From assembly GCF_964213995.1 (NCBI RefSeq), contig NC_135808.1, positions 20,584,001 through 20,648,000 of the forward strand: DNA of 64,000 bases. The letters are read 5' to 3'. The position numbers and the translations under genes were made by a program. Positions 63,794 through 64,000 of the stretch are shown here, piece by piece (the stretch's first letter is position 1; each line of letters opens with the position of its first letter). The notes below the pieces were generated by a model. The model searched no databases and was not told where the DNA came from. It saw nothing but the letters and a program-made list of their open reading frames with translations. Source of the DNA: Mustelus asterias. Lineage: Eukaryota.

Positions 63794-64000
63794 GTAATAG
63801 AGATGTGGAGGAAGAAATTGCTAAGCAGATTATGGATTGCTAAGCAGATTGCTAAACAGATTATGGATTGCTAAACAGAAATTGCTAAGCAGATTATGGA
63901 TTGCTAAGCAGATTATGGAGGAAGTAATAGAGATGTGGAGGAAGAAATTGCTAAGCAGATTATGGATACGTGTGGGGGTCACAGGGTAGTTGTCATGGGG
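63794..64000 (+). repeat. Scrambled tandem duplications of a CR1 endonuclease segment
   Basis: attgctaagcagattatgga repeated, ends in VVVMG. Confidence 0.7.

Overview
Vertebrate genomic DNA, almost certainly from a shark or other elasmobranch. The evidence is the dense HE1-type V-SINEs, CR1/HER1 LINEs, Deu-domain SINEs, Rex1/Babar LINEs and Penelope-like elements, and most of the window is repeats. One real protein-coding gene can be reconstructed on the minus strand between 21413 and 799, running out of the left edge. It has a leader exon, two tandem germline-joined VJ-type Ig domains strongly resembling NKp30/NCR3, a TM exon with a central Glu instead of the usual basic residue, and at least three phase-compatible cytoplasmic micro-exons (310 codons visible, no stop reached). 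Other notable items: a ~335-bp highly structured retroposon headed by U2 snRNA sequence with a 14-bp TSD, two families of palindromic Penelope-derived elements carrying minimal hammerhead ribozyme cores, an intronic solo LTR, a 3.2-kb 16-mer minisatellite, a tRNA-Asp pseudogene and a possible orphan exon next to an assembly gap. Most ORFs in the supplied track are repeat artefacts. All family assignments are from sequence recall, not database searches, and repeat boundaries are approximate.
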